Below, in pieces: positions 27,540 to 37,124 of a stretch of DNA of 64,000 bases. The stretch covers positions 1-64,000 of the forward strand of contig JBHLLP010000006.1 of assembly GCA_048885525.1 (NCBI GenBank), read 5' to 3'. Both the position numbers and the translations under genes were made by a program. This DNA is from Candidatus Hermodarchaeota archaeon (GTDB taxonomy: Archaea > Asgardarchaeota > Lokiarchaeia > Sigyniarchaeales > SOKP01). Positions within the stretch are counted from its first letter, which is position 1. Each line of letters starts with the position of its first letter. The notes beneath the pieces were generated by a model. The model was not told the origin of the DNA. It ran no database searches and saw only the letters and a list, made by a program, of their open reading frames with translations.

Positions 27540-29456
27540 ATGATTTCATATAAGCCTTGTAAGAAATGTGGGTGTGGTTTGCCCATTATAAAGGGATCTG
27601 CTGTTCAGTGCCCTTATTGTGGGTCAAAGACATTATATATGGAATCAATGTATTCCCTCAAATATTATTTATCTGAAATTCTAGACATTACATTATCTAA
27701 AACTGAAAAGAAAGTTAAAAATTCCGAACTTGAAAGAAGAAAATCTTTAATTGAATCTTTTTTTTATAATCTTAATTCGAATTTTAACGAATATAGACAT
27801 CTAATTATTACTAAACTAGATGATATCGAAATAAATCCTGTAAAATTATTCAATTCAATTCGTGCTGCTGGTAATTTTGAGATCATTGTAGAGGAATTTT
27901 TAATACCTCACATAAAAGATATTCAAATTAAAAGAAAGTATGAAGAATTCAGAGATCGCTCATATATTATTAATAAATCATTATTAGGATTATATTATAG
28001 TTATCTGGCGAAAAATTCATTATATCTTGAAAATTGCGCAAATTACTATCAATTAGCTGAGACGAATTATCAAAATATTGTAGATTATATAAATATTATA
28101 AACCTAGAAAATAGCAAGTGTAAAATCTATGACAAAAAAAATATATATATAATTCTTTCTGAATTCGCTGCAATATTGAGAGAAATTCTAAATAGGAATC
28201 CAAAATATTATTCTGATAAGTTAGAAGATTTGCTTGAGAAATTAATCAATATCAAAGCAGATGATTTTCAGAAAATAAATTTGTACACACAAATAGAAAA
28301 AATATATCAATTAGAGCGAAATACAAGCGTAGTATTAGAAAAAGTAAAAATTGATTGTCCATTGTTATCTTCAGATATTTTAGAAGAAAATATTATATTC
28401 AATAAAGAGGAAAATCTTGAGAAATTAGATAGTTTTAGTAATTGGATAAAAATGGTTTCTGAAAAATATCAAAACTATCAAAGAAATCTTTTAAAATTAC
28501 ATTCTGGAAAATTAGTAAAATATTTAGAATTATACCGAGAAGAATTCATCAATTATAAAAATAAGAGTGTTGAAAAGTTCAATAGTTTATTAGAAGCTAT
28601 GATAATAAAGGCTTTTGATACATATAACTCTGAAGCAATTGAAGTTTTAACTACATTAAGCGATTTTATAAAAGGGGATGTCTTTAATGAAAATATTATT
28701 GAGAGATTTGAAATTGAACATAAAGACTTAATAGAATTAGACGATCTATTGAAGAATTTTATCACCGATATTTTTAAAAAACCTTTACTTCATAATTTTA
28801 AATCAGAGTATTGTAAAAAATTAATCTCACTCATATCTGTTAAACATACTGAATTTGATGAATACATCTTAAAATATATTAATCGTATATTTCAAAATTT
28901 TGAGGAAATTAGAAGTAGGAAAGTTCTGTCGCTAGAAGAACAGAAACATCAATTTAGTCTAGAACTAAAACCTAATCTTCAAAAACTCATAAATTTAAGT
29001 TTTAACTTGAATGAAAAAGCTTTACCGTATCCTCTTTTCATAGATATTAAAGTCCAAGATAGGAAATTAAAGTTAAATAATTCAGAAACTATAACTATTC
29101 TGATTGAGAATCCAAATTTAACTGATATTAAAGATATAAAGATTTACTTCTTTATGCCAAATTCATTCCATTCAAAATTACAGTCTACAAGTATTAAAAA
29201 GCTAAGAGCTAACGAATCTAAAAAAATAAAGACAAAAGTTATCCCAAAGAAAGTAGGAGCCTTTCTCTATATGGTAATGGCAGAATATCAGCATTCAAAT
29301 AAGACTTTTTGGATGCCCTCTATAAAACTTGAATTAGAAGTTGAAAGAATTGAAGAAATTGTTAATTACAGTTTTTATCAGGTAAATCCAGGAATTTATC
29401 GTAATGCACTTGAAGCAATTAGAATTCAGAGATATATAGGAAGTTATATTTGTTAA
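27540..29456 (+). CDS. hypothetical protein: N-terminal zinc ribbon, helical core, C-terminal Ig-like beta-sandwich
   Basis: CKKC...CPYC; ETITILIENP..DIKDIKIYF...LRANESKKIKTKVIP..VG pattern at the C-terminus. Confidence 0.75.
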   Translation: MISYKPCKKCGCGLPIIKGSAVQCPYCGSKTLYMESMYSLKYYLSEILDITLSKTEKKVKNSELERRKSLIESFFYNLNSNFNEYRHLIITKLDDIEINPVKLFNSIRAAGNFEIIVEEFLIPHIKDIQIKRKYEEFRDRSYIINKSLLGLYYSYLAKNSLYLENCANYYQLAETNYQNIVDYINIINLENSKCKIYDKKNIYIILSEFAAILREILNRNPKYYSDKLEDLLEKLINIKADDFQKINLYTQIEKIYQLERNTSVVLEKVKIDCPLLSSDILEENIIFNKEENLEKLDSFSNWIKMVSEKYQNYQRNLLKLHSGKLVKYLELYREEFINYKNKSVEKFNSLLEAMIIKAFDTYNSEAIEVLTTLSDFIKGDVFNENIIERFEIEHKDLIELDDLLKNFITDIFKKPLLHNFKSEYCKKLISLISVKHTEFDEYILKYINRIFQNFEEIRSRKVLSLEEQKHQFSLELKPNLQKLINLSFNLNEKALPYPLFIDIKVQDRKLKLNNSETITILIENPNLTDIKDIKIYFFMPNSFHSKLQSTSIKKLRANESKKIKTKVIPKKVGAFLYMVMAEYQHSNKTFWMPSIKLELEVERIEEIVNYSFYQVNPGIYRNALEAIRIQRYIGSYIC

Positions 29457-29525
29457 CTAATCCAAAAGATCTTTTTCACTAATTTCTAATTAGAAATGTA
29501 AAGCTTTTTGTAATTTAATATATTT

Positions 29526-30677
29526 TTGTATTTTGAAATGAACGATAAAGAAGTTCAAGATCTTGATAAAAAACAACCAACAACCCCATCTAAAGATGGA
29601 ACAGAATCAAATAATGAAATTTGGTCATTTTGTCCAGTTTGTGGGGTAAAAATTCCACATATTCAGAGACTCATGTTTTGTATGAATTGTGGGACTAATC
29701 TTGAATATCTCAAAGAACATAGAAAATTAGAACAGCAAAAAATAATAAATCCATATATTAAACCTTCACTTTATCCACCAACTTATCCTCCTCCAATTAT
29801 TTATAGACCTAAAAAACTTTCAGATGATGAAATAATTGATACAAAAAATCATAAATTATGGGGGACTATGGCTTCTATTGGAGTTCCTTTAGGGGCTTTT
29901 CTTTTGATGAATTTTTTATCTGCGGGGATTATAATGGCTATAATAATTTATTTTCCCTTTAATTTTGAAGCTCTATATAATTTCCTATTAAATCCATATT
30001 TCATAATCATTAGTTCCTTCTTCGAATTAATATTTATTTTAATCCCGGTATTATATGTTGCAAAATATCTTCAAAATCCTAGTATAGAAAATAGATTAGC
30101 TTTATTAGGATTTACAATAAGGGGATTTGAAAGAAAACGGATATTTAAAGAGATCTTAATAGGACTGGGATTTGCTGTAATAGCAGTTTTACTAGTTACA
30201 TTAGTTTCATTTTTAACAGAGATTATTGTCGAGATCCTTTTTGGAATTGATATTGTAGGTGAGATCAGTGGTACTACTGGTGATGTTGAGTTTATCATAA
30301 AATCCTCTGACATCCTTGATATTGTTCTCTTGTCACTTGTCATGATCTTAATTATAGGAACATCTGAAGAGATCTTATTTAGAGGCTTTATGCAAAAAGG
30401 ATTAATGCATAATTTAGGTAATAAAGCTGGTATTATAATTACCGCTTTTACCTTTGCAATAATTCATGTAGTAGGAATAATTCTGATGTTATTAGATGCC
30501 CCATTAATATTACTTATTTCTTTTCTATTATCCTTTATTCCTTATTTTGCAATTTCACTTTTATTAGGTTTAATATATTATTGGAGAAATGAAAATTTAA
30601 TAGCTGTCATAATAACCCATGGCTTATATAATGCCTTAACAATAATTCAAGCTTTCTTTTTTTATAATTTATTTTAA
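29526..30677 (+). CDS. CPBP (Abi/Rce1-like) intramembrane metalloprotease with N-terminal zinc ribbon
   Basis: EEILFRG, FAIIH and HGLYN motifs; CPVC...CMNC. Confidence 0.92.
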   Translation: MYFEMNDKEVQDLDKKQPTTPSKDGTESNNEIWSFCPVCGVKIPHIQRLMFCMNCGTNLEYLKEHRKLEQQKIINPYIKPSLYPPTYPPPIIYRPKKLSDDEIIDTKNHKLWGTMASIGVPLGAFLLMNFLSAGIIMAIIIYFPFNFEALYNFLLNPYFIIISSFFELIFILIPVLYVAKYLQNPSIENRLALLGFTIRGFERKRIFKEILIGLGFAVIAVLLVTLVSFLTEIIVEILFGIDIVGEISGTTGDVEFIIKSSDILDIVLLSLVMILIIGTSEEILFRGFMQKGLMHNLGNKAGIIITAFTFAIIHVVGIILMLLDAPLILLISFLLSFIPYFAISLLLGLIYYWRNENLIAVIITHGLYNALTIIQAFFFYNLF

Positions 30678-30695
30678 CTGCCATTCATCGTAACA

Positions 30696-31553
30696 ATGAT
30701 AATACAGAAATTTGAAAGAGTAGCAAAAGAAAAGAAAAGAAATATTGGAATTGGATTAGGGGATATTGATTATCATAACCAAAAAATCCTAAAGGCAAGT
30801 CTAAGCTTCATAGAAGAATATAAATCAGATGTCTATTTATTCGGGAAAACAGATTTTATGAATAAACTTCTTAAAGAAATTGCAGGAGTTAATATTAAAT
30901 CGAGAGTGAAATTTATTGAATGTCAAGACCCCGAAGTTTCTATTTTTGAATATTTGGGAAACAAATCTATTCATTCTATTATAAGGGGTTCTTTAAGTTC
31001 TTATAAATTCTTAAAAAATGTTAAAATTTACTGTAATTGTGAAAAAATTAACCGATTAGCATTGTTGGAAACATTTAATGGTCATCAATTCTTCTTTGGT
31101 CCAGTCGGTATTGATGAATGTACCAGTCTTAAAAATAAAACTTTATTTCTGGAATCCGCTGTAAAGGAATTATATAAACTCAATATCATTCCTATAGTAA
31201 GTATTCTAAGTGGAGGAAGAATAGCCGATATTGGAAGAGATACTATAGTTGACCAAACAATACAGGAAGCAATGAAACTCGTAGAATTTGCAAAGGAAAA
31301 ATTTTCAAATCTAAAGATATCTCACGATGAAATTTTGATAGAAAATGCTGTTGAAAAAAAATCAAATTTAATTATAGCCCCTAATGGCATTTCTGGAAAT
31401 TTAATTTATCGTACATTAGTTCATTTAGGTGGAGGTAAAGCATACGGGGCTATTTATATGGGTTTGGAAGGTAAGATTATTGATACATCTAGAGTTGGCA
31501 ACTTTTCTGAAATTTATGGCGCTTTAGTTTTAGCAGTTGCTTTATCTAATTAA
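30696..31553 (+). CDS. mtxX: MtxX / methanogenesis marker protein 4 family (phosphotransacetylase-like fold)
   Basis: RGSL, PVGIDE, LSGGR..DIGR, APNGISGNLIYRTL..LGGG, DTSR. Confidence 0.85.
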   Translation: MIIQKFERVAKEKKRNIGIGLGDIDYHNQKILKASLSFIEEYKSDVYLFGKTDFMNKLLKEIAGVNIKSRVKFIECQDPEVSIFEYLGNKSIHSIIRGSLSSYKFLKNVKIYCNCEKINRLALLETFNGHQFFFGPVGIDECTSLKNKTLFLESAVKELYKLNIIPIVSILSGGRIADIGRDTIVDQTIQEAMKLVEFAKEKFSNLKISHDEILIENAVEKKSNLIIAPNGISGNLIYRTLVHLGGGKAYGAIYMGLEGKIIDTSRVGNFSEIYGALVLAVALSN

Positions 31554-31607
31554 TTTTAATGTCCCTTATTTACATAAAACAAATTTTCTCTATTATTAAA
31601 TAAACTA

Positions 31608-32480
31608 TTAACTATTCTCAAATTTTTTAATTAAAGCAGAATAGTCCTTTTCTTGGTCTGAAGCATTTAAGAAAGCAAGGATCTCCTTTAATTCATTGAC
31701 ACTTTTTACTCCTGGTACAGTGGTTGAAACTCCTGTCTGAGAAAGAGTATAACTTAAACATTTTATTGGAGTAATTTCACTTGGAATCTTTTTTTTTAAA
31801 CTTATCCCTCCAGATTGATACTTTGCTATAGTTACCGTTCTATTTCTTTGTAATAATTTTCCCCCTGCAAATGGTTTAATAGCTACAAGACCTACGCCTT
31901 CTTTTTTACATATTTTTAAAAAATCTTCTCTCCCAGGCAACCCATTATTTGCGATACTAATTTGATTCATTATTATATCAAAATAACCGCTTTTAACTGC
32001 CTTTTGACCTACAGAAATGCTATGAGTACTTAATCCTATAAAATTCACTTTTCCTTCTTGTTGTAATTTCTTTGATAATGTTAATAATCCCCCTTGAGTG
32101 AATATCGAATCGTATTCTTTTTCTTTAACAAATTGTAAATTTGCAATGTCAATATATCCCTTTCCAAATTTTTTAATGGTATTTAAAAAAGTCCGTTCAC
32201 ATTCGTTAATATTGCGAGATCTACGAATTTTACCCTCTTGTTCTATTGATCCTAAATGACAGGTAAGTATTATTTCATCTCTATAATTCTCAATCGCAGC
32301 ACTAATATTTTCGATGAAATTAGATACATTGAAAACAATATCGAAATAATTAATTCCATTTTTAATAGCTTCATAAATTATTGATTTGACAACATCTTTA
32401 GGCTGTCTAAATAGATATTCAGTTCCTAACCCGATTTCACTAACTTTTAAATTTGTTCTTCCCAATTTTCGGAATTTCAT
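31608..32480 (-). CDS. aldo/keto reductase
   Basis: RKLGRTNLKVSEIGLG, GINYFD, GLSTH, IKPFAGG, VPG. Confidence 0.9.
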   Translation of the reverse strand: MKFRKLGRTNLKVSEIGLGTEYLFRQPKDVVKSIIYEAIKNGINYFDIVFNVSNFIENISAAIENYRDEIILTCHLGSIEQEGKIRRSRNINECERTFLNTIKKFGKGYIDIANLQFVKEKEYDSIFTQGGLLTLSKKLQQEGKVNFIGLSTHSISVGQKAVKSGYFDIIMNQISIANNGLPGREDFLKICKKEGVGLVAIKPFAGGKLLQRNRTVTIAKYQSGGISLKKKIPSEITPIKCLSYTLSQTGVSTTVPGVKSVNELKEILAFLNASDQEKDYSALIKKFENS

Positions 32481-32508
32481 AAAAAAATAAGAAAAAATTA
32501 TTTAATTG

Positions 32509-32811
32509 TTAAGTAATAATCCCAATGGCTGCCGCGAGAAGTACAATTATTCCCCCAATCCAACTCCCAAATACCAATATTAAAATCCCCATGACTAATA
32601 TGATAGAAGGGGTATAATGTATTGGCTTTACTCCTAATAGAAAAACTAGAATTGCTAGCACTACCGCAATAATCTCAGTGATTATACCAAAACTCCAAAC
32701 TTCCAAAAAATCAAAAAAATGAAGTACCGTTTCTATTAGAGCAACGATTCCTCCAATCATTGCTACACCACACATAGCCTTATCTGATGCTTGCAACTCG
32801 CTCCATGGCAC
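32509..32811 (-). CDS. small polytopic membrane protein
   Basis: 100 aa, 3-4 hydrophobic helices; GTG start with an AGGTGA Shine-Dalgarno-like sequence upstream. Confidence 0.7.
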   Translation of the reverse strand: MPWSELQASDKAMCGVAMIGGIVALIETVLHFFDFLEVWSFGIITEIIAVVLAILVFLLGVKPIHYTPSIILVMGILILVFGSWIGGIIVLLAAAIGIIT

Positions 32812-32943
32812 TTTTTACTCACCTTTATTTTTTTATATATTTTTTATCAGAAAATAGATTAGACCACTTTATAAATTTTAACAAAATAAATAAAATTACC
32901 TTAATAAATGGGAATGGGATTTTTTATTTTTTCTGAAAGTAAA

Positions 32944-33120
32944 TTAAGAATATTTCTCAATTATATAGTTTTGTAAAGAACATATATACTTTTCAAGATA
33001 TAACAGTAAATTTCTCTGTTCTAATTCACGAAGGTATGTGACATCTAAGTGATTAAATAACTCTTTCAATCTATCAGTTACATCGAATAATTTAACAATA
33101 GTATTCCAATCATTTGCCAT
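32944..33120 (-). CDS. small hypothetical protein (58 aa), not in the ORF track
   Basis: ATG..TAA frame MANDWNTIVKLFDVTDRLKELFNHLDVTYLRELEQRNLLLYLEKYICSLQNYIIEKYS; amphipathic two-helix pattern. Confidence 0.55.
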   Translation of the reverse strand: MANDWNTIVKLFDVTDRLKELFNHLDVTYLRELEQRNLLLYLEKYICSLQNYIIEKYS

Positions 33121-33571
33121 TCATAATCTTGAATATATTCTATTTGTATAATTTTTACCAACCACTTTGTTCGCTTTTAATAATTTTTGAGTAAATCACA
33201 ATAATGCTTAATAAAAAATGTGTAGATACTAAAAGAAAAGTAATTTATAGAAGCTAGGAATTGTTAAAATTCTTAATCTGAAGTTCGGATAATTAAAATA
33301 GTTAGAATTATAATAACAACGAGCCATTTTAATATTTCTAAAAATGGGATATTAAAAAGAAACATAAAAGAAATTTAGTACATAACAATAAAAACTAATA
33401 TGATTAATAAGATACAATCTATTTTAGAAACGTAAGGCTTTTTTTTTTCTGGTTCTTCCTTACTGGTCAAATTAAACACTTAATATTGAATTTCCTTCAA
33501 TTCAAATTAATATTTTTTTTTAAATTTTTCCTCATTAAATAATTTATATAATTATACCAAAGTTTCAACAA

Positions 33572-33645
33572 TGGGAGAGGGGGGATTTGAACCCCCGACC
33601 ACTCGGCCCCCAGCCGAGTATCATACCAATCTAGACTACCCTCCC
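33572..33645 (-). tRNA. tRNA-Pro(GGG)
   Basis: Acceptor GGGAGGG/CTCTCCC; anticodon arm CTCGG-CTGGGGG-CCGAG; T arm GGGGG-TTCAAAT-CCCCC; no intron; no encoded CCA. Confidence 0.95.
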
Positions 33646-33899
33646 AGTTTAAAGATCATTCTTCTTGATATGTAGAGAATAGTGAAAACTTGTAATTAAA
33701 TTTTATTTGTAATTACGCTTTAATGAAAATCATTGATTAAATTAAGAAAAAATAGAAAATAATAAATTTATTTAATATTTAGCTAATTTTTTCTTTTTCT
33801 AAAATCATTATAAATAATTTAAACCAATAATTTTTAAATTGCTTAAAGAGTTTTTATTCATATCATTTCTATTTGAAAATTTATTTATTTAGTAAATTC

Positions 33900-34196
33900 A
33901 TGAGGTCAAGGAAACCTTTTTTAATATTTTGGCCGCAATATTTTGAAGCAAAGAGAAGTAGGAGTAATGGGAGACGGCTTCCCAGAAAATTCGCTTTAGA
34001 AAAAGTGAGTTTAGAGGAGATCGCCAGCGCTGCTAGAAATTTAGGTTATAATGCTGAGATTGAGAGGAATTACAGATATTCTAGAACATGGTGGGACGAT
34101 CCTGGAAGAGTTATCATTGATACTAAAGGAAAAACGAAACCAAAAGTCCTAATTGAAGTTGCTAAAGAAATTAAAAAATCACCTCCAAAAATTTAA
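33900..34196 (+). CDS. srp19: signal recognition particle 19 kDa protein
   Basis: IFWPQYFEAKRSRSNGRRLP, YSRTWW..PGRVII, K.KVLIEVA. ATG at 33900 preferred as start. Confidence 0.95.
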   Translation: MRSRKPFLIFWPQYFEAKRSRSNGRRLPRKFALEKVSLEEIASAARNLGYNAEIERNYRYSRTWWDDPGRVIIDTKGKTKPKVLIEVAKEIKKSPPKI

Positions 34197-34206
34197 TTTT
34201 CCAATT

Positions 34207-34578
34207 ATGCATGAATTTGCTTTTGCCTATAATATTTTTAAAGTAGCTGAGGCTACAGCATTAAAATATAAAGCGAAAAAAATAACAGAAGTATTACTAG
34301 AAATTGGAGAGTTGACACTTATAGTTCCTGAGTTACTTCAACGGTCTTTTGAAATGGCCACTAAAGGATCAATTGCCGAAGGCGCTAAATTAGTAATTAC
34401 TATGACTCCTGGTAAAATTAAATGCCGAGAATGTAGTAAAACCTCAGAAGTTTCTTTAACTCGGGAAGCACAGTTGACAGGACTTCAATTATTCAAATGT
34501 TCAAACTGCGGAAGTAATAATACTGAGATTGTTGATGGTAAAAAAGCGAATGTAAAAAATATCAAAATTCAAGAATAA
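34207..34578 (+). CDS. hypA: hydrogenase maturation nickel metallochaperone HypA
   Basis: MHE N-terminus at ATG 34207; IGELT; CREC...CSNC. Confidence 0.93.
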   Translation: MHEFAFAYNIFKVAEATALKYKAKKITEVLLEIGELTLIVPELLQRSFEMATKGSIAEGAKLVITMTPGKIKCRECSKTSEVSLTREAQLTGLQLFKCSNCGSNNTEIVDGKKANVKNIKIQE

Positions 34579-34590
34579 GTACTAATTCTA

Positions 34591-34971
34591 TTAAGAAATA
34601 AGGACACCATTCAATACACCATGTTGCCCTGGTCTTGAACTAACTCTCACATTACCTAATTCTGTTTCAACAATTGCTCCTTTTGTTAAGATGTGCCTTC
34701 GATTCAAATCTTTTGATGCAAGATTCTCTTCAAAACGTAATATTTTAACTTTTTGAGTTTTATTTGTACTAGGATCAGTGACGTTAATGAATTTGGTTGA
34801 AAATAATTTAAGTTTAAAATTGCCTCCCATAACTCGCTGCTTTTTCTTTTTCTCCTCACCGATTTCTGTATCGATTCTAGGACGTTCAAGTTCTCTTTTT
34901 CTTTTCTTTCTAAAATATCTGTATTTTTTCCCAGTATATCTTCGCTTACTTCGAGCTTGACTTCTTGCCAT
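34591..34971 (-). CDS. rps8e: 30S ribosomal protein S8e
   Basis: RKKRKRELER, RVMGGN.K, ILTKGAIVETELG, SRPGQHGVLNG. Confidence 0.97.
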   Translation of the reverse strand: MARSQARSKRRYTGKKYRYFRKKRKRELERPRIDTEIGEEKKKKQRVMGGNFKLKLFSTKFINVTDPSTNKTQKVKILRFEENLASKDLNRRHILTKGAIVETELGNVRVSSRPGQHGVLNGVLIS

Positions 34972-35151
34972 AAAAGATTTACCAAATTATATCTAAATTA
35001 TTAGATAAGATAAGAAAGTATATCTTTAAAATTTTTTTAAAAATCCTTTTAATTATGATTTATTAAAGCAAAATAAATATAGACAAAATTTTTATTTAAT
35101 ATATAACATTAACATAGCTATAAATTATAATTGTTTCTTCTTTAAAGCAAA

Positions 35152-35793
35152 ATGATGGAAAATAATCATAACCTTAAACAATTAGATAACCAACAAATTG
35201 AAAAAATGCATCAAACAGGAACAACCACAGTCGGGATTATAATTAAAGATGGAGTAGTAATTGCCACTGATTCACAAGCAACTGCTGGAACTTTTGTAGT
35301 ATCTAAACAAGCACAAAAATTATTTGAAATAAATAAATATACAGCTGCAACCATCGCTGGGGGAGTTGCAGATTGTCAGTACGTTGTTAACCAACTAAAA
35401 GCTTTATCTCGGTTAAAAGAAGTTGAAGAAGAGAGAGTACCTGAACCTAAATATATTGCTAGTATAACGAGAAATATACTCTTCTCGGGGAGAACCTACT
35501 TTTTAAGCATGATGATTGTAGGGGGTTATTCACTAAAAGAACAATGCGGTAAACTTTATGGAATTGATTTATTAGGTACCCTCTATGAAGAAAATGAGTA
35601 TATCTCATTTGGAAGTGGTAGTCCCTTCAGTCTTGGTGTGTTGGAAGCAGATTGGAAACCTAACATGACTAAAGCTAAGGGTATTGATCTTATAAAAACA
35701 GCGATTTCAAGTTCACGAGAAAGGGATGCTGCTTCTGGATATGACCTACAAATATGTACTATAAGAAAAGATGGTTTCAAACAAGTTGAATAA
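35152..35793 (+). CDS. psmB: proteasome beta subunit
   Basis: Propeptide followed by TG|TTTVG, DSQAT, AGGVADCQ, GSGS, RDAASG. Confidence 0.96.
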   Translation: MMENNHNLKQLDNQQIEKMHQTGTTTVGIIIKDGVVIATDSQATAGTFVVSKQAQKLFEINKYTAATIAGGVADCQYVVNQLKALSRLKEVEEERVPEPKYIASITRNILFSGRTYFLSMMIVGGYSLKEQCGKLYGIDLLGTLYEENEYISFGSGSPFSLGVLEADWKPNMTKAKGIDLIKTAISSSRERDAASGYDLQICTIRKDGFKQVE

Positions 35794-35802
35794 CTTATTA
35801 AT

Positions 35803-36294
35803 TTAAATATTATTTTCTGTAATCTCAATTGAAATTTGTTTAAGCTCATTAAAAATAATTATAAATCCATTTAGTTCCTGGCTTTTTGCATCAATTATGG
35901 TCCAAATTAAATGTTTAAACTTATTAATTCCACTTATATAATAATATTTCATGTACGGAATATCAATGCCACTAGGATATGCACTACTGGGGTGAGAATG
36001 GAAAATACTGAGTAGTTGCAAGTTTTTGGAATGTTTTCTAGAGATTTCAATTAATTTTTCATAATCATCCATTAAAAAAGCGACAGGACTCTTGAGTGAA
36101 GATTCAATGCATTCAAACTTATAACTATGATAATAATAAGAATATTCATTTTTATTTGGAAGTTTTTGATGTTCTTGAATTTTCCCAAAAATTAACCCAC
36201 AAGCTTCATTAGGGAGAGCTTTCTCAACACATGTATAAATTTCTGTTAGAAGTTCTTTATTTATAAATAAAATTATATCTTTCTCATATTTCAT
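35803..36294 (-). CDS. JAMM/MPN+ metalloprotease
   Basis: PNEACGLIFG and FHSHPSSAYPSGID (E...HxH-x7-D JAMM motif). Confidence 0.92.
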   Translation of the reverse strand: MKYEKDIILFINKELLTEIYTCVEKALPNEACGLIFGKIQEHQKLPNKNEYSYYYHSYKFECIESSLKSPVAFLMDDYEKLIEISRKHSKNLQLLSIFHSHPSSAYPSGIDIPYMKYYYISGINKFKHLIWTIIDAKSQELNGFIIIFNELKQISIEITENNI

Positions 36295-36318
36295 TTGAGA
36301 GATATCTAACCCCCATTA

Positions 36319-36993
36319 TTATAGTATTGTTAAAGCAGCATTTAAAGCAGCTAACCTTGCCTTTTCTGGCTTTTCCCCTAACCCTATGATGATAACATCA
36401 TTTTCTCTTAATTCAGAATTTTTAGCATTAATATGTGTGCGAAAATAGTCAAAAATATTATCATCAACTCTCATCTGTTCTTTTCCGTTCTCAGAAAAAA
36501 TATGAGACGGAAAAATTAATTCATTTCCATTATAAAGTAAACATGTCGCCCCAGCACCTCCGATTTTAATAGCAGCATCTCTTTGTTCAATACCGTTTGA
36601 GATTTTACTAGCAGCATTCTTAACTAAGCAAAAATAGGAACTAATTCCTTCTGATTTAATAATAATATCTTTTAATATAGCTAGATTCCCGAATTCTATC
36701 AATGGGATTTTTTGTTTAAGTTTCTTTAAAAATTCAAAACCATTTTTAGTGAGAATATGACCTTTTCTAACATTTTCATCAGTTAAAACTTGTATAAATT
36801 TTATAGCTTCATTTAATTTTTTAATAAGAGACCTTGCTGTACCAGAACCAATTAATAACTCTTTTTGTAAACGATATCTGCCAATTCCTTCTTTATTTTC
36901 CTCAAATATAAATAAGGCTAAAATAACATGAACAATTTCAAATGATGGCTTAATTGTAGGACTCTGAAATAAAGAGTCTAATTCTTCAAACAT
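36319..36993 (-). CDS. winged-HTH plus DUF4443-like protein
   Basis: IGRYRLQKELLIGSGTARSLI HTH; GIEQRDAAIKIGGAGAT. Confidence 0.8.
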   Translation of the reverse strand: MFEELDSLFQSPTIKPSFEIVHVILALFIFEENKEGIGRYRLQKELLIGSGTARSLIKKLNEAIKFIQVLTDENVRKGHILTKNGFEFLKKLKQKIPLIEFGNLAILKDIIIKSEGISSYFCLVKNAASKISNGIEQRDAAIKIGGAGATCLLYNGNELIFPSHIFSENGKEQMRVDDNIFDYFRTHINAKNSELRENDVIIIGLGEKPEKARLAALNAALTIL

Positions 36994-37124
36994 ATTACAT
37001 TCAAGTATAATATATTATTAATATAAGCTAAAAAAAAATATAAATCAGAATGTAATTTTATTAACTATCTAATTCCCGAAAATTCAAAACTGATATCCAC
37101 AAATAGAATTTTTTGTAAAATAAA

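Noticed and set aside
33572-33645. tRNA genes as integration sites of a mobile element
   Set aside because: No integrase or transposase and no duplicated tRNA 3' end. The T-arm identity between the two tRNAs is ordinary tRNA conservation.
33646-33899. SRP (7S) RNA next to srp19
   Set aside because: The region is extremely AT-rich with no GC-rich helices or SRP helix 6/8 motifs.
34704-34985. Alternative-frame and antisense ORFs over rps8e
   Set aside because: Overlap a universally conserved ribosomal protein; no motifs.
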